A stretch of DNA of 64,000 nt from Macrostomum lignano (taxonomy: Eukaryota): positions 124,001-188,000 of the forward strand of contig NIVC01000521.1 of NCBI GenBank assembly GCA_002269645.1, written 5' to 3'. The position numbers and the translations under genes are program-made. Under the pieces are notes generated by a model. That model made no database searches. It was not told where the DNA came from and worked only from the letters and a program-made list of their open reading frames with translations. Shown here in pieces: positions 26,380 to 38,144 of this stretch; the first letter of the stretch is position 1; each line of letters opens with the position of its first letter.

Positions 26380-27140
26380 CCAGCCTCCCAGTTGCTAAGA
26401 CAACCCTCCCAGATCCTCAGTTGCTGGACCAGCCTCCCAGATCCTCAGTTGCTGGACCAGCCTCCCAGATCCTCAGTTGCTGGACCAGCCTCCCAGATCC
26501 TCAGTTGCTGGGCCAGCCTCCCAGATCCTTAGTTGCTGGGCCAGCATCCCAGATCCTCAGTTGCTGGGCCAGCCTCCCAGATCCTCAGTTGCTGGGCCAG
26601 CCTCCCAGATCCTCAGTTGCTGGGCCAGCCTCCCAGATCCTCAGTTGCTGGGCCAGCCTCCCAGATCCTCAGTTGCTGGGCCAGCATCCCAGATCCTCAC
26701 TTGCTGGGCCAGCCTCCCAGATCCTCAGTTTCTGGGCCAGCCTCCCAGATCCTCAGTTTCTGGGCCAGCCTCCCAGATCCTCAGCTGCTGGGCCAGCCTC
26801 CCAGATCCTCAGTTGCTAAGCCAGCCTCCCAGATCCTCAGTTGCTGGGCCAGCCTCCCAGATCCTCAGTTGCTGGGCCAGCCTCCCAGATCCTCAGTTGC
26901 TGGGCCAGCCTCCCAGATCCTCAGTTGCTGGGCCAGCCTCCCAGATCCTCAGTTGCTGGGCCAGCCTCCCAGATCCTCAGTTGCTGGGCCAGCCTCCCAG
27001 CTCCTCAGTTGCTGGGCCAGCCTCCCAGATCCTCAGTTGCTGGGCCAGCCTCCCAGATCCTCAGTTGCTGGGCCAGCCTCCCAGATCCTCAGTTGCTGTG
27101 CCAGCCTCCCAGATCCTCAGTTGCTGGGCCAGCATCCCAA
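26380..27140. repeat. 28-bp minisatellite GCTGGGCCAGCCTCCCAGATCCTCAGTT
   Basis: Tandem copies. Confidence 0.95.
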
Positions 27141-27834
27141 ATGCTCAGTTCAGACTGCTCTTCCACAAACAATCATATCTAAAAAACCTGCATGTATTTC
27201 CTCCATACAATTTTCAGGAAGATTCGGTCAGCCGTATCCCATATTTTTTTTCTGTTTTTAATACCATCCGAGCATCGAAGTTTAGCCCTCAAAGCTGCCT
27301 CTCCGCTTATTTTTTGTATCCCTCACCTCCCAAGTTAATCGAGCTTAGGCAGCGGCTTGTCTCTCAGAGTTTCTTATTATTCCTAATTTTTAGTCGCCAT
27401 TTCCGCTACAGCCTACTTAGTGCCAGTAGCTTGCATGCATATTGCAAATTTGTTCTATTTTCACGTCGATATACTGTAGGGAGCCGATTATATATTTGCT
27501 TTGCACATATGCGAATGTGTTAGCGATTTTGTTGGTTTTTCAATCTTAGTGTTGTTTAGTGTAAATTTCTCAAGCGCGACTTTTACTGTTTTTGAGCTTC
27601 TTATATTGTCCTGCCCCGTTTAAATTCAGTGTGCTCTACTTTTGTTGAATCCTTGATTACCTTATCTGACCAAGTGTTCAGGATTTGTACGGAAATATAT
27701 AAATCTGTATCCATATTGTTGCTTGTATTTCTTATTTACTGACACGTTTATTGATCCAAAACCTCATTGTCTCCCTTACAATTTAATTATTTGCATCCTT
27801 CTGCCTTCCATGGTGTCCTGTTTGTTTAACATCT

Positions 27835-28450
27835 GTGGGATCTATCTACTTTCTGTGAGATCTATCTACTTTCTGTGAGATCTATCTACCTCCTGTGAGA
27901 TCTATCTACCTCCTGTGAGATCTATCTACCTCCTGTGAGATCTATCTACCTCCTGTGAGATCTATCTACCTTCTGTGAGATCTATCTACCTTCTGTGAGA
28001 TCTATCTACCTTCTGTGGTATCTATCTACCTCCTGTGAGATCTATCTACCTTCTGTGAGATCTATCTACCTCCTGTGAGATCTATCTACCTCCTGTGAGA
28101 TCTATCTACATCCTGTGAGATCTATCTACATCCTGTGAGATCTATCTACATTCTGTAAGATCTATCTACATCCCGTGAGATCTCTCTACCTTCTGTGAAT
28201 CTATCTACCTCCTGTGAGATCTATCTACCTCCTGTGAGATCTATCTACCTTCTGTGGTATCTATCTACCTCCTGTGGGATCTATCTACCTTCTGTGAGAT
28301 CTATCTACCTCCTGTGAGATCTATCTACCTCCTGTGAGATCTATCTACATTCTGTAAGATCTATCTACATCCCGTGAGATCTCTCTACCTTCTGTGAATC
28401 TATCTACCTTCTGTGAGGTTTATCTACCTTCTGTAAGATCTATCTACCTT
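27835..28450. repeat. 20-bp minisatellite TGTGAGATCTATCTACCTCC
   Basis: Tandem copies. Confidence 0.95.
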
Positions 28451-28868
28451 TTCTATCTGCCATCCTTCTGCTTTAATTTTTGTCATTTGACCCCAGGCGT
28501 AGTTTCCCACTTGGTTGGTTAGTAACAGTTATTAGAACTAAGTCAAAGTGCTTGAATGAGCTCAACTTCTATAAGTATGCGCAATCAAATCGTTCTGAAT
28601 TGGTCTATACATCTATACTCTTAAGCACGTACTCTGGCCTGTTAACACTTTCTGGCTCTTACGCCTCGTATATACATGTAGTGGATCCTGACTTTACAAG
28701 TGCAATGCACAAAATTTGTGGTAAACTTACGTATACGTTACCCCGTCTAATTGTATGTATTTTAAACGGAACTAAAAAGTCATTAAGTAATTTTTCACTG
28801 CTTGCACAGCTGCACAATTTTTAACACAAAATGCGTTTAAAATAAGCGTTTAGAGCCTTCAACTAGTA

Positions 28869-28950
28869 GACGAGGTGGCCGAGTGGTTATGGCGATGGAC
28901 TGCTAATCCATTGGGGTTTCCCCGCGTGGGTTCGAATCCCATCCTCGTCG
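28869..28950 (+). tRNA. tRNA-Ser(GCT), cytosolic type, 82 nt
   Basis: GACGAGG/CCTCGTC acceptor stem, A box TGGCCGAGTGG, anticodon arm ATGGA-CTGCTAA-TCCAT, variable arm GGGG-TTT-CCCC, B box GGTTCGAATCC, downstream T-run terminator. Confidence 0.97.
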
Positions 28951-29699
28951 AGATTTATTTTTTCAAAAATGTTTAAATCCTAATAAAACGCTGCGCATTG
29001 CACGGGGAACAATTTTTTTTCTCTTCACAGTAGCTGCAGCAGGCTTTTATTTCGCTAAAATACAATACTTGCTGCATAATTTTATTATGCCGATATGTTG
29101 TGTAATACATGTAACTGTTATAGTTTTTTCTTCAATTTGCGCCAAACTTTAAGTTTACATATAATAACATCAAATATAAAATATCAAGCCATAAAAAGCA
29201 ATGACAGAATAACATAAGCAAATTTACATGTCCTTTTAATGCAAGTATTTTGTTCATTGAGTTAAACGCGCTTTGCATTCTTCGATTAGTAGTATGATAA
29301 ACATTTTTTATCAAGCTAAATTTTACGAAATAAAAAAACTAGCACTGAATATTCTAAGCGAAAAACTAGTTTTTTGAATTTTTGGTAGAACTCAAAATGC
29401 ACTGACCGAAGGCTGGTTTCATGTTTGTTGCACTGTGTAAGTATAAACTTATATTTGTTTTGATGATTATTCACTAAGCGAATCGGCAATGAAACGACAG
29501 TTAAAAATATATATTTGCGCAAGAATATGCTCCCAGTGTGACTATTGAATCGAATTCCACGCAACCCACGCAGGGAACACATAATATGACGGAAATTGTT
29601 AGCCCGAGAAAGCAAAAACAACCATACAACGCAAGAATCAATGTTCAATTTCTGTACAGGTATTTTAGTACTTTAAACTTTCCTTAATATTTTTGTTAC

Positions 29700-30010
29700 T
29701 ATGGCCTCTAGTTGCTATGCGGATTCTAGGGCTCTAGCTGCTATGCGGATTCTAAGGCTCCAGTTGCTATGCAGATTCTAGGGCTCTAGTTGCTTGCGTA
29801 TTGCTCTAGTTGCTTTGCGGATTCTAGGGCTCTAGTTGCTATGCGTATTGCTCAGTTGCTATGCGAATTGCTCAGTTGCTATGCGAATTTCTCAGTTGCT
29901 ATGCGGATTCTAGGGCTACAGTTGCTATGCGGATTCTAGGGCTCTAGTTACTATGCGGATTCTAGGGCTCTAGTTGCTATGCGGATTGCTTTAGTTGCTA
30001 TGCGGATTCT
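29700..30010. repeat. 26-bp minisatellite TAGTTGCTATGCGGATTCTAGGGCTC just downstream of the NUP54 stop
   Basis: Tandem copies with deletion variants. Confidence 0.88.
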
Positions 30011-30045
30011 ACGGTAAGTGAGAGATTGGTGAAGAGATGCTTCAG

Positions 30046-30708
30046 TCAACCAAGTCCGGCCTGCACAGTGTCCAGATCGCGAGCCAGAACGTTGGTCAGG
30101 CGGACCAGCTCGCCAACGGAGCGATGCTGCCCAGCCAGGTGAGTCATCACGGCATCGAGACTGGGGGCATCCAATAGCAGGCCGCCTGACGACGAGGCGG
30201 AGACGGCAACAGGCGCCGAGCCGCCGCCGGCGGAGTCCCGATCGGCCGGGCGGACGCCGAGTTTCACCTGGCTGGCGAGCTCGCGCAGCCGGCCAGTGGG
30301 CAGCTGGGTGAGCAGTTGCTCAACAGCGGACCGGAGCTGCTCCTCCCTGGGCAGCAGAGTCTGGCCCGGCCGCCTGGCCGACTCCTGGCGGCACAGCAGG
30401 CGGACGGCCCGGCGGCCGAGCTCCAGCTGGCGGCGCTTGGCCGCGTCCAGGCGAGCGGACGAGGCCGCCTGTTCAACCCGCAGCCGTTCGCAACGGGCTG
30501 CCAGCGTCCCTAGCAACCGTTGCTGGGCCTGGCACTGGGCTCGCTGTGCGGACATTCGGGCCTGCGCCTGCTCCAGGCCGACCAGAGGCACCGGCAGGAG
30601 CGACTCCGGGTCGGGGTTCTCGCGCCTGGCCTGCTGCCACACCATCAGCGGTACGCCGGCCGCTGGACGGTCCAGGTACTGCGTCAGCTGGTCCCGGCTG
30701 GGCCGCGT
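30046..30708 (-). CDS. NUP54: Nucleoporin Nup54 coding exon 3 (TRPSRDQLTQYLDRPAAGVPLMVWQQARRENPDPESLLPVPLVG... coiled coils)
   Basis: Aligns with the Nup54 motif P-aG-v-p-iW-QA--dNPD-e-liPVp-vGf. CTGCAG acceptor, phase 0; TGA at 30046. Confidence 0.9.
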   Translation of the reverse strand, partial: TRPSRDQLTQYLDRPAAGVPLMVWQQARRENPDPESLLPVPLVGLEQAQARMSAQRAQCQAQQRLLGTLAARCERLRVEQAASSARLDAAKRRQLELGRRAVRLLCRQESARRPGQTLLPREEQLRSAVEQLLTQLPTGRLRELASQVKLGVRPADRDSAGGGSAPVAVSASSSGGLLLDAPSLDAVMTHLAGQHRSVGELVRLTNVLARDLDTVQAGLG

Positions 30709-30789
30709 CTGCAGCGATGGGGGCGGGTTAGGCTTAGGCTTAGGTTAGGGACAGGCGCTGTCAAAGGCGGGCATGAAGCGACTCTTGGA

Positions 30790-31370
30790 GGTTTGAATGC
30801 GATTGTCAGGGGTTTGAATGCGATTGTCAGGGGTTTGAATGCGATTGTCAGGGGTTTGAATGCGATTGTCAGGGGTTTGAATGTGATTTTCAGGGGTTTG
30901 AATGTGATTTTCAGGGGTTTGAATGCGATTGTCAGGGGTTTGAAGCGATTGTCAGGGGTTTGAAGCGATTGTCAGGGGTTTGAAGCGATTGTCAGGGGTT
31001 TGAAGCGATTGTCAGGGGTTTGAAGCGATTGTCAGGGGTTTGAAGCGATTGTCAGGGGTTTGAATGCGATTGTCAGGGGCGTGTTTAAAGCGATTGTCAT
31101 GGGCGGGTTTGAAGCAATTGTCAGGGGTTTGAATGCGATTGTCAGGGGTTTGAATGCGATTGTCAGGGGTTTGAAGCGATTGTCAGGGGTTTGAAGCGAT
31201 TGTCAGGGGTTTGAAGCGATTGTCAGGAGTTTAAAGCGATTGTCAGGGGGTTGAATGCGATTGTCAGGGGTTTGAAGCGATTGTCAGGGGTTTGAAGCGA
31301 TTGTCAGGGGTTTGAAGCGATTGTCAGGGGTTTGAATGCGATTGTCAGGGGTTTGAAGCGATTGTCAGAG
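30790..31370. repeat. 20/21-bp minisatellite GCGATTGTCAGGGGTTTGAA(T) in NUP54 intron 2
   Basis: Tandem copies. Confidence 0.95.
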
Positions 31371-31468
31371 GCGGGTTGGGAAAAGTTTTGGGCGATTTGA
31401 AGCAGATTATTGGCCGATCCTTAAGCTGTAAACATTGTTATTATTAGAAAAGCATCAGAGTCGCTTAC

Positions 31469-31879
31469 CAGAGCCTGCACAGCGGTGACCTGCAGTTGAG
31501 TAGACAGCTGCTGTTTGTTCATTGGCTGGGACAGATAGGCAGCCAGCTCGGTGCTGAGAATCCGCCTGGCGCCGCCAGTCGGCAGCTGCTCGCGAATGTA
31601 CACCACCAACTGGCAGAGCTTCTCGCCCAGCGCTCGAATCTCTTCAATATGCGGCGTCAAATTGGGCTTGTTGCCTAGCAACCGAAATAGCGCGTCCTTG
31701 ACGCCGGTCTCGGCAATCTCGGTGGCCGCTTTGGTCACCGTCAGGCCGACCAGGCCGTCCTCATCTTTGGCGGCTGGCAGGGCGTTGTAGCAGACGGATT
31801 TCAGCCGGCAGAACGGGTTTCCCGGCTGGTACTCCACGGGGCCCTGCGAGCAAAAACCTTTGCCGGCGCCCCACTGCGC
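31469..31879 (-). CDS. NUP54: Nup54 coding exon 2 (AQWGAGKGF...NPFCRLKSVCYN...KDEDGLV...)
   Basis: Continues WNQLQ|AxWGxGKG; CCGCAG acceptor; CTG|GTAAGC donor. Confidence 0.9.
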
Positions 31880-31959
31880 CTGCGGAGGGTGCGAGTATGG
31901 GGACAACTTCCTGTAGTGGGGATTTTACACATTTTGGTTGTTAATTTTATGCGAATGGC

Positions 31960-33100
31960 TTGCCAATCTAGCTTCCGGTCATTGGGATGTTTGGCAACAT
32001 AGCTTCCGGTCATTGGGATGTTTGGCAACATAGCTTCCGGTCATTGGAATGCTTGTCAATCTAGCTTTCGGTCATTGGGATGCTTGCCAATCTAGCTTCC
32101 GGTCATTGGGATCCTTGTAAATCTAGCTTCCGGTCATTGGGATGTCTGTCAATCTAGCTTCCGGCTATTGGGATTCTTTTAAATGTAGCTTCCAGTCATT
32201 GGGATCCTTGTAAATCTAGCTTCCGGTCATTGGGATGTCTGTCAATCTAGCTTCCGGCTATTGGGATTCTTTTAAATGTAGCTTCCAGTCATTGGGATCC
32301 TTGTAAATCTAGCTTCCGGTCATTGGGATGTCTGTCAATCTAGCTTCCGGTTATTGGGATGCTTTTAAATGTAGCTTCCGGTCATTGGGATCCTTGTAAA
32401 TCTAGCTTCCGGTTATTGGAATGTCTGTCAATCTAGCTTCCGGTCATTGGGATGTCTGTCAATCTAGCTTCCGGATTCTTTTAAATGTAGCTTCCGGTCA
32501 TTGGGATCCTTGTAAATCTAGCTTCCGGTTATTGGGATATCTGTCAATCTAGCTTCCGGTCATTGGGATGCTTGTCAATCTAGCTTCCGGTCATTGGGAT
32601 GTCTGTCAATCTAGCTTCCGGTTATTGGGATGCTTTTAAATGTAGCTTCCGGTCATTGGGATCCTTGTAAATCTAGCTTCCGGTTATTGGAATGTCTGTC
32701 AATCTAGCTTCCGGTCATTGGGATGTCTGTCAATCTAGCTTCCGGATTCTTTTAAATGTAGCTTCCGGTCATTGGGATCCTTGTAAATCTAGCTTCCGGT
32801 TATTGGGATATCTGTCAATCTAGCTTCCAATCATTGGGATGTATGTCAATCTAGCTTCTGGTCATTGGGATCTCTGTCAATCTAGCTTCCGGTCATTGGG
32901 ATGTATGTCAATCTAGCTTCTGGTCATTGGGATGTCTGTCAATCTAGCTTCTGGTCATTGGGATCCTTGTAAATCTAGCTTCCGGTTATAGGAATGTCTG
33001 TCAATCTAGCTTCTGGTCATTGGGATGTCTGTCAATCTAGCTTCCGGTTATTGGGAAGCTTGTTAATACAGCTTCAGGTTATTAAGATGAGCTGGAAATT
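31960..33100. repeat. 31-bp minisatellite CTAGCTTCCGGTCATTGGGATGTCTGTCAAT in NUP54 intron 1
   Basis: Tandem copies. Confidence 0.95.
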
Positions 33101-33177
33101 AGCTTCCGGTCAAAAGGTTCGTCAAGACAGTTGGTCAGAATTGTACATCAACTTCCGGTAGCGCAGATAAATCACAC

Positions 33178-33876
33178 CTGCAGTTGATTCCACCGGGCCA
33201 GCACGGAGTCCCGCTCGTCAGGAAACAGCGCCGGCTGAGTCAGACTAGCAAAGAAAGCCACGCTGCTCGCGGCGGAGGCCGCAGCCGACGTAGCAACTCC
33301 GGCAGGCGCCGCCGCAGTCTGGCCAAAGGCGCCAAGCGTGAACTTACCGGCCGCGCCAAATCCGGCGCCAAATGAGGCGGCGGAAGAGACGGCGGCGCCG
33401 GCCGGTTTGCCAAATCCAAACGGTGCCGAAGTTGCGGCGCCGCCCGCCGGAGCGGGGAACGCGAAACCGGAAGTGGCAGCAGAGGCGGCCGGTGCGGCAA
33501 ATCCGAAACCGGAAGTGGCCGTAGAGGCGGACGGTGCGGCAAATCCGAAACCAGAAGTGGCCGTAGAGGCGGACGGTGCGGCAAATCCGAAACCGGAAGT
33601 GGCCGTAGAGGCGGCCGGTGCGGCAAATCCGAAACCGGAAGTGGCCGTAGAGGCGGCCGGTGCGGCAAATCCGAAACCGGAAGTGGCAGTCGTGGCGGCA
33701 GGTGCGGAAAATCCAAAACCAGATGTGGCCGTAGAAGCAGCCGGTGCGGCAAACCCGAAACCGGATGTGGCGGTGGTGGCAGCGGTTGGGAAGCTGAACG
33801 CAGATGTTGTAGCAGCGGCAGGCGCCGCGCTGGCGCCGAAGTTGAAAGTGGAGCCGCTAGAAGTGCCGCCGAACAT
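33178..33876 (-). CDS. NUP54: Nup54 coding exon 1 (FG-repeat region through DERDSVLARWNQLQ)
   Basis: FG/GFGF repeats and the Nup54 signature DERDxxLAxWNQLQ; donor CAG|GTGTGA. The joined CDS is 1773 nt (590 aa). Confidence 0.92.
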
Positions 33877-34644
33877 GGCCGATAAAAGTTAAATGCGGGT
33901 GTCTGAATCGAATCTTTGTCCTTGATTAACTACTTGGATTAGTTCAAACTGAGGCTGAAATGAAAGGCAATGTTGGCATAGTAAAATTAATTTTTTAGCC
34001 TATTAGCAAACCTATCAGACTTTTTACTTTGGCAGAAATGGCTGCATCGATAGAAAAATGAGATAAAAATAAACGCAAAGTAATGTATAGAAAACAGCGC
34101 AGGGTGGTTAAAAATGCCACTTAGTTATTGCAGATTGCAAATATTTCATTACAAATATTGCAATGAAAATAATGAATTAATTCTTTTTATGACAAGGCCA
34201 CTCGTAATTTCCTACTTGATACGCAATTTAAGTAGTTAGTAGGACGAGAAATGTCGGAAATAAAATATGAGATCATGAAAATTGCTAATAATAAACTAGA
34301 GATGTCGGCTAAACCGACATGTATAGAAACAATATCAAACAGCGAATAGGCAAATTCTTTTACTGTAACAAAGAATATTACAAACTAACAAACAAATCGG
34401 CAACTTTATTAACTACTTAAAGTAGGAAAATGACTCAAATATATTGAGATAATTGTAAAAATTGCACCAATGTTTTGAATGACAAAAAGCAAATTTAATG
34501 TAAACAATAGACTACAGTAGGCGACAAAGAATATACATAAAAATGCTAAGTTACTTTTTTGAAGCTTTCGCAGGCTAATAAAGATTTTGAAGTAGAAATG
34601 CACACAAAAAGCAAAGTATAATGCTATAAATTTGGCAAATTAAG

Positions 34645-34820
34645 CGTAATGCTGGAGGATCATCATCCAGAGATGAAGCTGGAGAATCATCATTCAGAGA
34701 TGAAGCTGGAGAATCATCATCTAGAGATGAAGCTGGAGGACCATCATTCAGAGATAAAGCTGGAGAACCATCATCCAAAGATGAAGCTGGAGAACCATCA
34801 TCCAGAGATGAAGCTGGAGG
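34645..34820. repeat. 27-bp minisatellite GAGATGAAGCTGGAGAATCATCATCCA
   Basis: About 6-7 tandem copies between the Rieske gene and NUP54. Confidence 0.85.
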
Positions 34821-34919
34821 TGTCATCTAACGGTGACGCAGAAGCAAGAGTCCTGGGGAATGCTATAAAAGTTCCCATTTGACAAAGGACACAAACAAAG
34901 CGCCAAGGAGGCCGCAGTT

Positions 34920-35462
34920 TTAAAACAATTCTTCAGCCGGAGTATTAGAAAACCAAAGCTTGCTAAGCTGATCGTAGCCGATGTACAGGCGGCCCAGCTG
35001 GTCCCGTTCCACCGGGTACATTCGCAGACGCAAGTCGGTACGAGAACTGGGCGAATGAATCTCGCCATTGGCAAACAGATTAAACGTATAGCCGTGCCAC
35101 GGACAGCGCAGCAGACAGTCGCCATTGTAGTCGTTAACCAGCTGGCCAAAGTTCATCGGCCCGCCGGCGTGGGGACAGCGAAGGTCGCAGGCGAAGGCCG
35201 CATCCCCAATGCGCAGCAAAGCCAGCTCCATGCCGTTCTGGCGCACCGTGTCGCATAGCGGCGGCCTGGCCGACCTATGCCGGGCCAGCGTTGCCATGGT
35301 AACCGGTTTCGGTGCGCTTGACGAGGAAGCTGAGAGACTGGGCGGCAGCGGAGCCCGACCGTCAGGGCTGTCAACAGTGATTACAGTGGGCAGCAGGTCT
35401 TTCAGGTCGTCGAACAGCAAGTCCGGCAGCAGCATGAAGATTCGCTGATTCAGTAGGACCGC
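34920..35462 (-). CDS. Rieske [2Fe-2S] domain protein (RFESD-like), terminal exon
   Basis: CPHAGG and CPWHGYTFNL provide the CxH...CxxH Rieske ligands. CCACTGCAG acceptor at 35463, in frame with the ORF at 35435. Confidence 0.88.
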   Translation of the reverse strand, partial: AVLLNQRIFMLLPDLLFDDLKDLLPTVITVDSPDGRAPLPPSLSASSSSAPKPVTMATLARHRSARPPLCDTVRQNGMELALLRIGDAAFACDLRCPHAGGPMNFGQLVNDYNGDCLLRCPWHGYTFNLFANGEIHSPSSRTDLRLRMYPVERDQLGRLYIGYDQLSKLWFSNTPAEELF

Positions 35463-35474
35463 CTGCAGTGGGAG

Positions 35475-35770
35475 AATTGGGGATCAGTTGCAGAATGGGG
35501 ACGGGGATCAGTTGCAGGATGGGGATTGGGGATCAGTTGCAGGATAAGGATTGGGGATCAGTTGCTGGATAAGGATTGGGGATCAGTTGCAGGATGGGGA
35601 CGGGGATCAGTTGCAGAATGGGGACGGGGATCAGTTGCAGGATGGGGATTGGGGATCAGTTGCAGGATGGGGATTGGGGATCAGTTGCAGGATAAGGATT
35701 GGGGATCAGTTGCAGGATGGGGATTGAGAATCAGTTGCAGGATAAGGATTGGGGATCATTTTGCAGGATG
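35475..35770. repeat. 24/25-bp minisatellite GGGGATCAGTTGCAGGAT... filling intron 2 of the Rieske gene
   Basis: Tandem copies. Confidence 0.9.
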
Positions 35771-35781
35771 GTAAATGGTAC

Positions 35782-36307
35782 CTCGTCAACGCGACAATCG
35801 CTCAGCGGCCGCTCTACAATGCTCAGCCGTCGCCTCCGCCGCTGCCACCGAGGCGTCCGCATCTGCTGACGCACCAGAAAAGGCGAATAGGCGATGCCAG
35901 GCAAGATTTTCTCGCCGCCAGCGTACGGCGTCAGCTGCGTCAACGGCTGGTAGCGCTCCGGCTCCGGGTGCGCGCGCGGCGCCTCATCGTCATCATAATC
36001 GTCATCGTCATTGTCGTTTGCATTGGCGTCGGCCACGGACTCGGCCAGTTGAACTTCGCGCAGAGTCCAGCCGGCGTAGGGCACGAGTTCGCGCGGCCGG
36101 CCACTGGCGGCCGACAGTCCGGCGGCCAAGTCGGCGGCCGAGGCGTCCGCGGCGGCTACGGCGACAGCGGCCGAGCGCTCGGCCATTAGGTGACGCCGGC
36201 GAGCCTCGTCAGGCGCCGGCAGGCGCACCGGCAGGAGGCGGACGCCGGCGACATCGGCAGCGTAGCCGATGGGCTGCGGATAGGCCGCCATGGCGATGCC
36301 CGGCGGG
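35782..36307 (-). CDS. Rieske-domain protein, predicted middle exon (PPGIAMAAYPQP...ELVPYAG...LTPYAG...RVDE)
   Basis: TCTTGCTCTCCCAG acceptor (phase 2) and GAG|GTACCA donor (phase 0) join in frame to both neighbouring exons; GC-rich coding-like composition. Confidence 0.7.
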
Positions 36308-36459
36308 CTGGGAGAGCAAGACGGGGAGAATTGGCTGGTTCGAATATTCCAGCATCTATGCTGAACTGACACAGTGCGCATGAGGGCGAATGCGCGTAGG
36401 CAGTAGCTTGCAATTTAAAAAAGCGTGCAGTTAAACAAGATGGTAGCTATTTGTAAAGG

Positions 36460-36870
36460 CGCGCAGACAGTAAGCGCGCATAGGTAGAAGCGCGCAGACA
36501 GTAAGCGCGCGCATAGGTAGAAGCGCGCAGACAGTAAGCGCGCAGACAGTAAGCGCGCAGACAGTAAGCGCGCGCATAGGTAGAAGCGCGCAGACAGTAA
36601 GCGCGCGCATAGGTAGAAGCGCGCAGACAGTAAGCGCGCGCATAGGTAGAAGCGCGCAGACAGTAAGCGCGCAGACAGTAAGCGCGCAGACAGTAAGCGC
36701 GCAGACAGTAAGCGCGCAGACAGTAAGCGCGCGCATAGGTAGAAGCGCGCAGACAGTAAGCGCGCGCATAGGTAGAAGCGCGCAGACAGTAAGCGCGCGC
36801 ATAGGTATAAGCGCGCAGACAGTAAGCGCGCATAGGTAGATGCGCGCAGACAGTAAGCGCGCATAAGGTT
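36460..36870. repeat. 15/18-bp composite minisatellite (AGCGCGCAGACAGTA / AGCGCGCGCATAGGTAGA) in intron 1 of the Rieske gene
   Basis: Tandem copies. Confidence 0.92.
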
Positions 36871-36977
36871 ACAAGTAGAAGCGCAGCAATGAAGCGCGCA
36901 GGCATAAGGTGCAAAGCATAGCCGAAAGCAACGGTACAAAAAGTGAGTAGCACGTCTCCCGAAATATATTAGCTCAC

Positions 36978-37798
36978 CATTCACGATCGATATCTGGCTT
37001 TCTAGACTGAGATTTCCTCTTATTGTTAGTTTTATTGTCAGGGGACTTGACCAGTCTAGCCCTAGTCGAATAAGCGGCAGTCAGCATCGCCTCGTCGTCT
37101 TCATCATCCTCGACTTCAGCTTCCTCTTCTTCTTCTACGCCTTCCAGATGCATCGGCATCGACATGAGGTTGGACGAGCCGACGCCAGACAGTGGCAGCT
37201 GAGAGGTCAATGGCTGAGCAGCGGCGGCGGGAACAGAAGGAATAGTTTTAGCCGCTCCAGCGTAGGGCGCCAGCTCGTCAGCGGCCAGCCCGCTAGCCCT
37301 GGCCCTGACCAGCTGTTCGATCCGTTCGTCAAGCGCAGCCGTGACCGAGTCCGATTTGATTTCTTCATCATCAGCGGACAGCAGGGAGCTGGCGGAGACG
37401 GACTGTCGGCAGCCGGGCAGCGGTTCGAGTTTCCACCACCAGTCTGAGCAGCTGGACGAGTTCAAAGCCGCGTCATCCTGAGATGGAGACGGCTGAGACA
37501 GATGCTCCCAGCAGCCGGAATCGACAGTCCTGAGCCGGACAGCGCAGGGTATGGATGTGACGCAGCCCGAATAAGTTGGCACTCCGGCAAGCGGCTGGTA
37601 GGCAACGGCGGCCACAACTGGCGGCGGCTCCGAGTGCCACTGCTTCTTGGCGCCGTCTATCGCGCTTAAATCGCTTAGCAGGCGATAGCCGCCAGATCCG
37701 GAATGATGATGAGGCGGCTTGACCGGATGCTGATGAGTCAAACCAGACAGATGCGATGCAGCTTCGCTTGGATTCTTTGCTAAACTGATTGACAGCAT
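36978..37798 (-). CDS. Rieske-domain protein, predicted first coding exon (MLSISLAKNP...ELAPYAG...DIDRE), low complexity
   Basis: Long open frame; strong donor ATG|GTGAGC at 36977 (phase 2); acceptor-like CCCTGTCAG at 37852 upstream. The joined CDS is 1890 nt (629 aa). Confidence 0.65.
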
Positions 37799-38144
37799 TC
37801 TGTTTCTGCAAAGATGCCAAGGGTCAGTTGGAAACTGTTGGTAGTCCAAAGCTGACAGGGGATGCCGCTATCTTAGGCTGTGTTTTTTGCTTTTAAACAT
37901 CATTTTCAGTAGGACACTAACAACAGTGACTGCACAAGGCCAAAATTTTTGTTGCCTAAATAGATAGCTACCAAGTTACTAAATAAATAGAAACTAACAA
38001 AATAACAAAAATCATAATACGAAGCCACATAATACAGATATATCATTATAGTTCAGAGTAATAGTTTGATTATCAACAGACAAAGACATTTACAGCTTTA
38101 GATGTTTCATTATAGAAGTTGAAAAAACCACAGCAGCGCATGTA

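Noticed and set aside
28885-28895. TTAT instead of the usual TTAA in the tRNA-Ser D arm
   Set aside because: Changes a G13-A22 pair to G-U; compatible with folding, so not evidence of a pseudogene.
30724-30750. TTAGGC/TTAGGG telomere-like repeats near the NUP54 intron 2 acceptor (similar at about 1245)
   Set aside because: Only 4-5 degenerate units; too short to call interstitial telomere.
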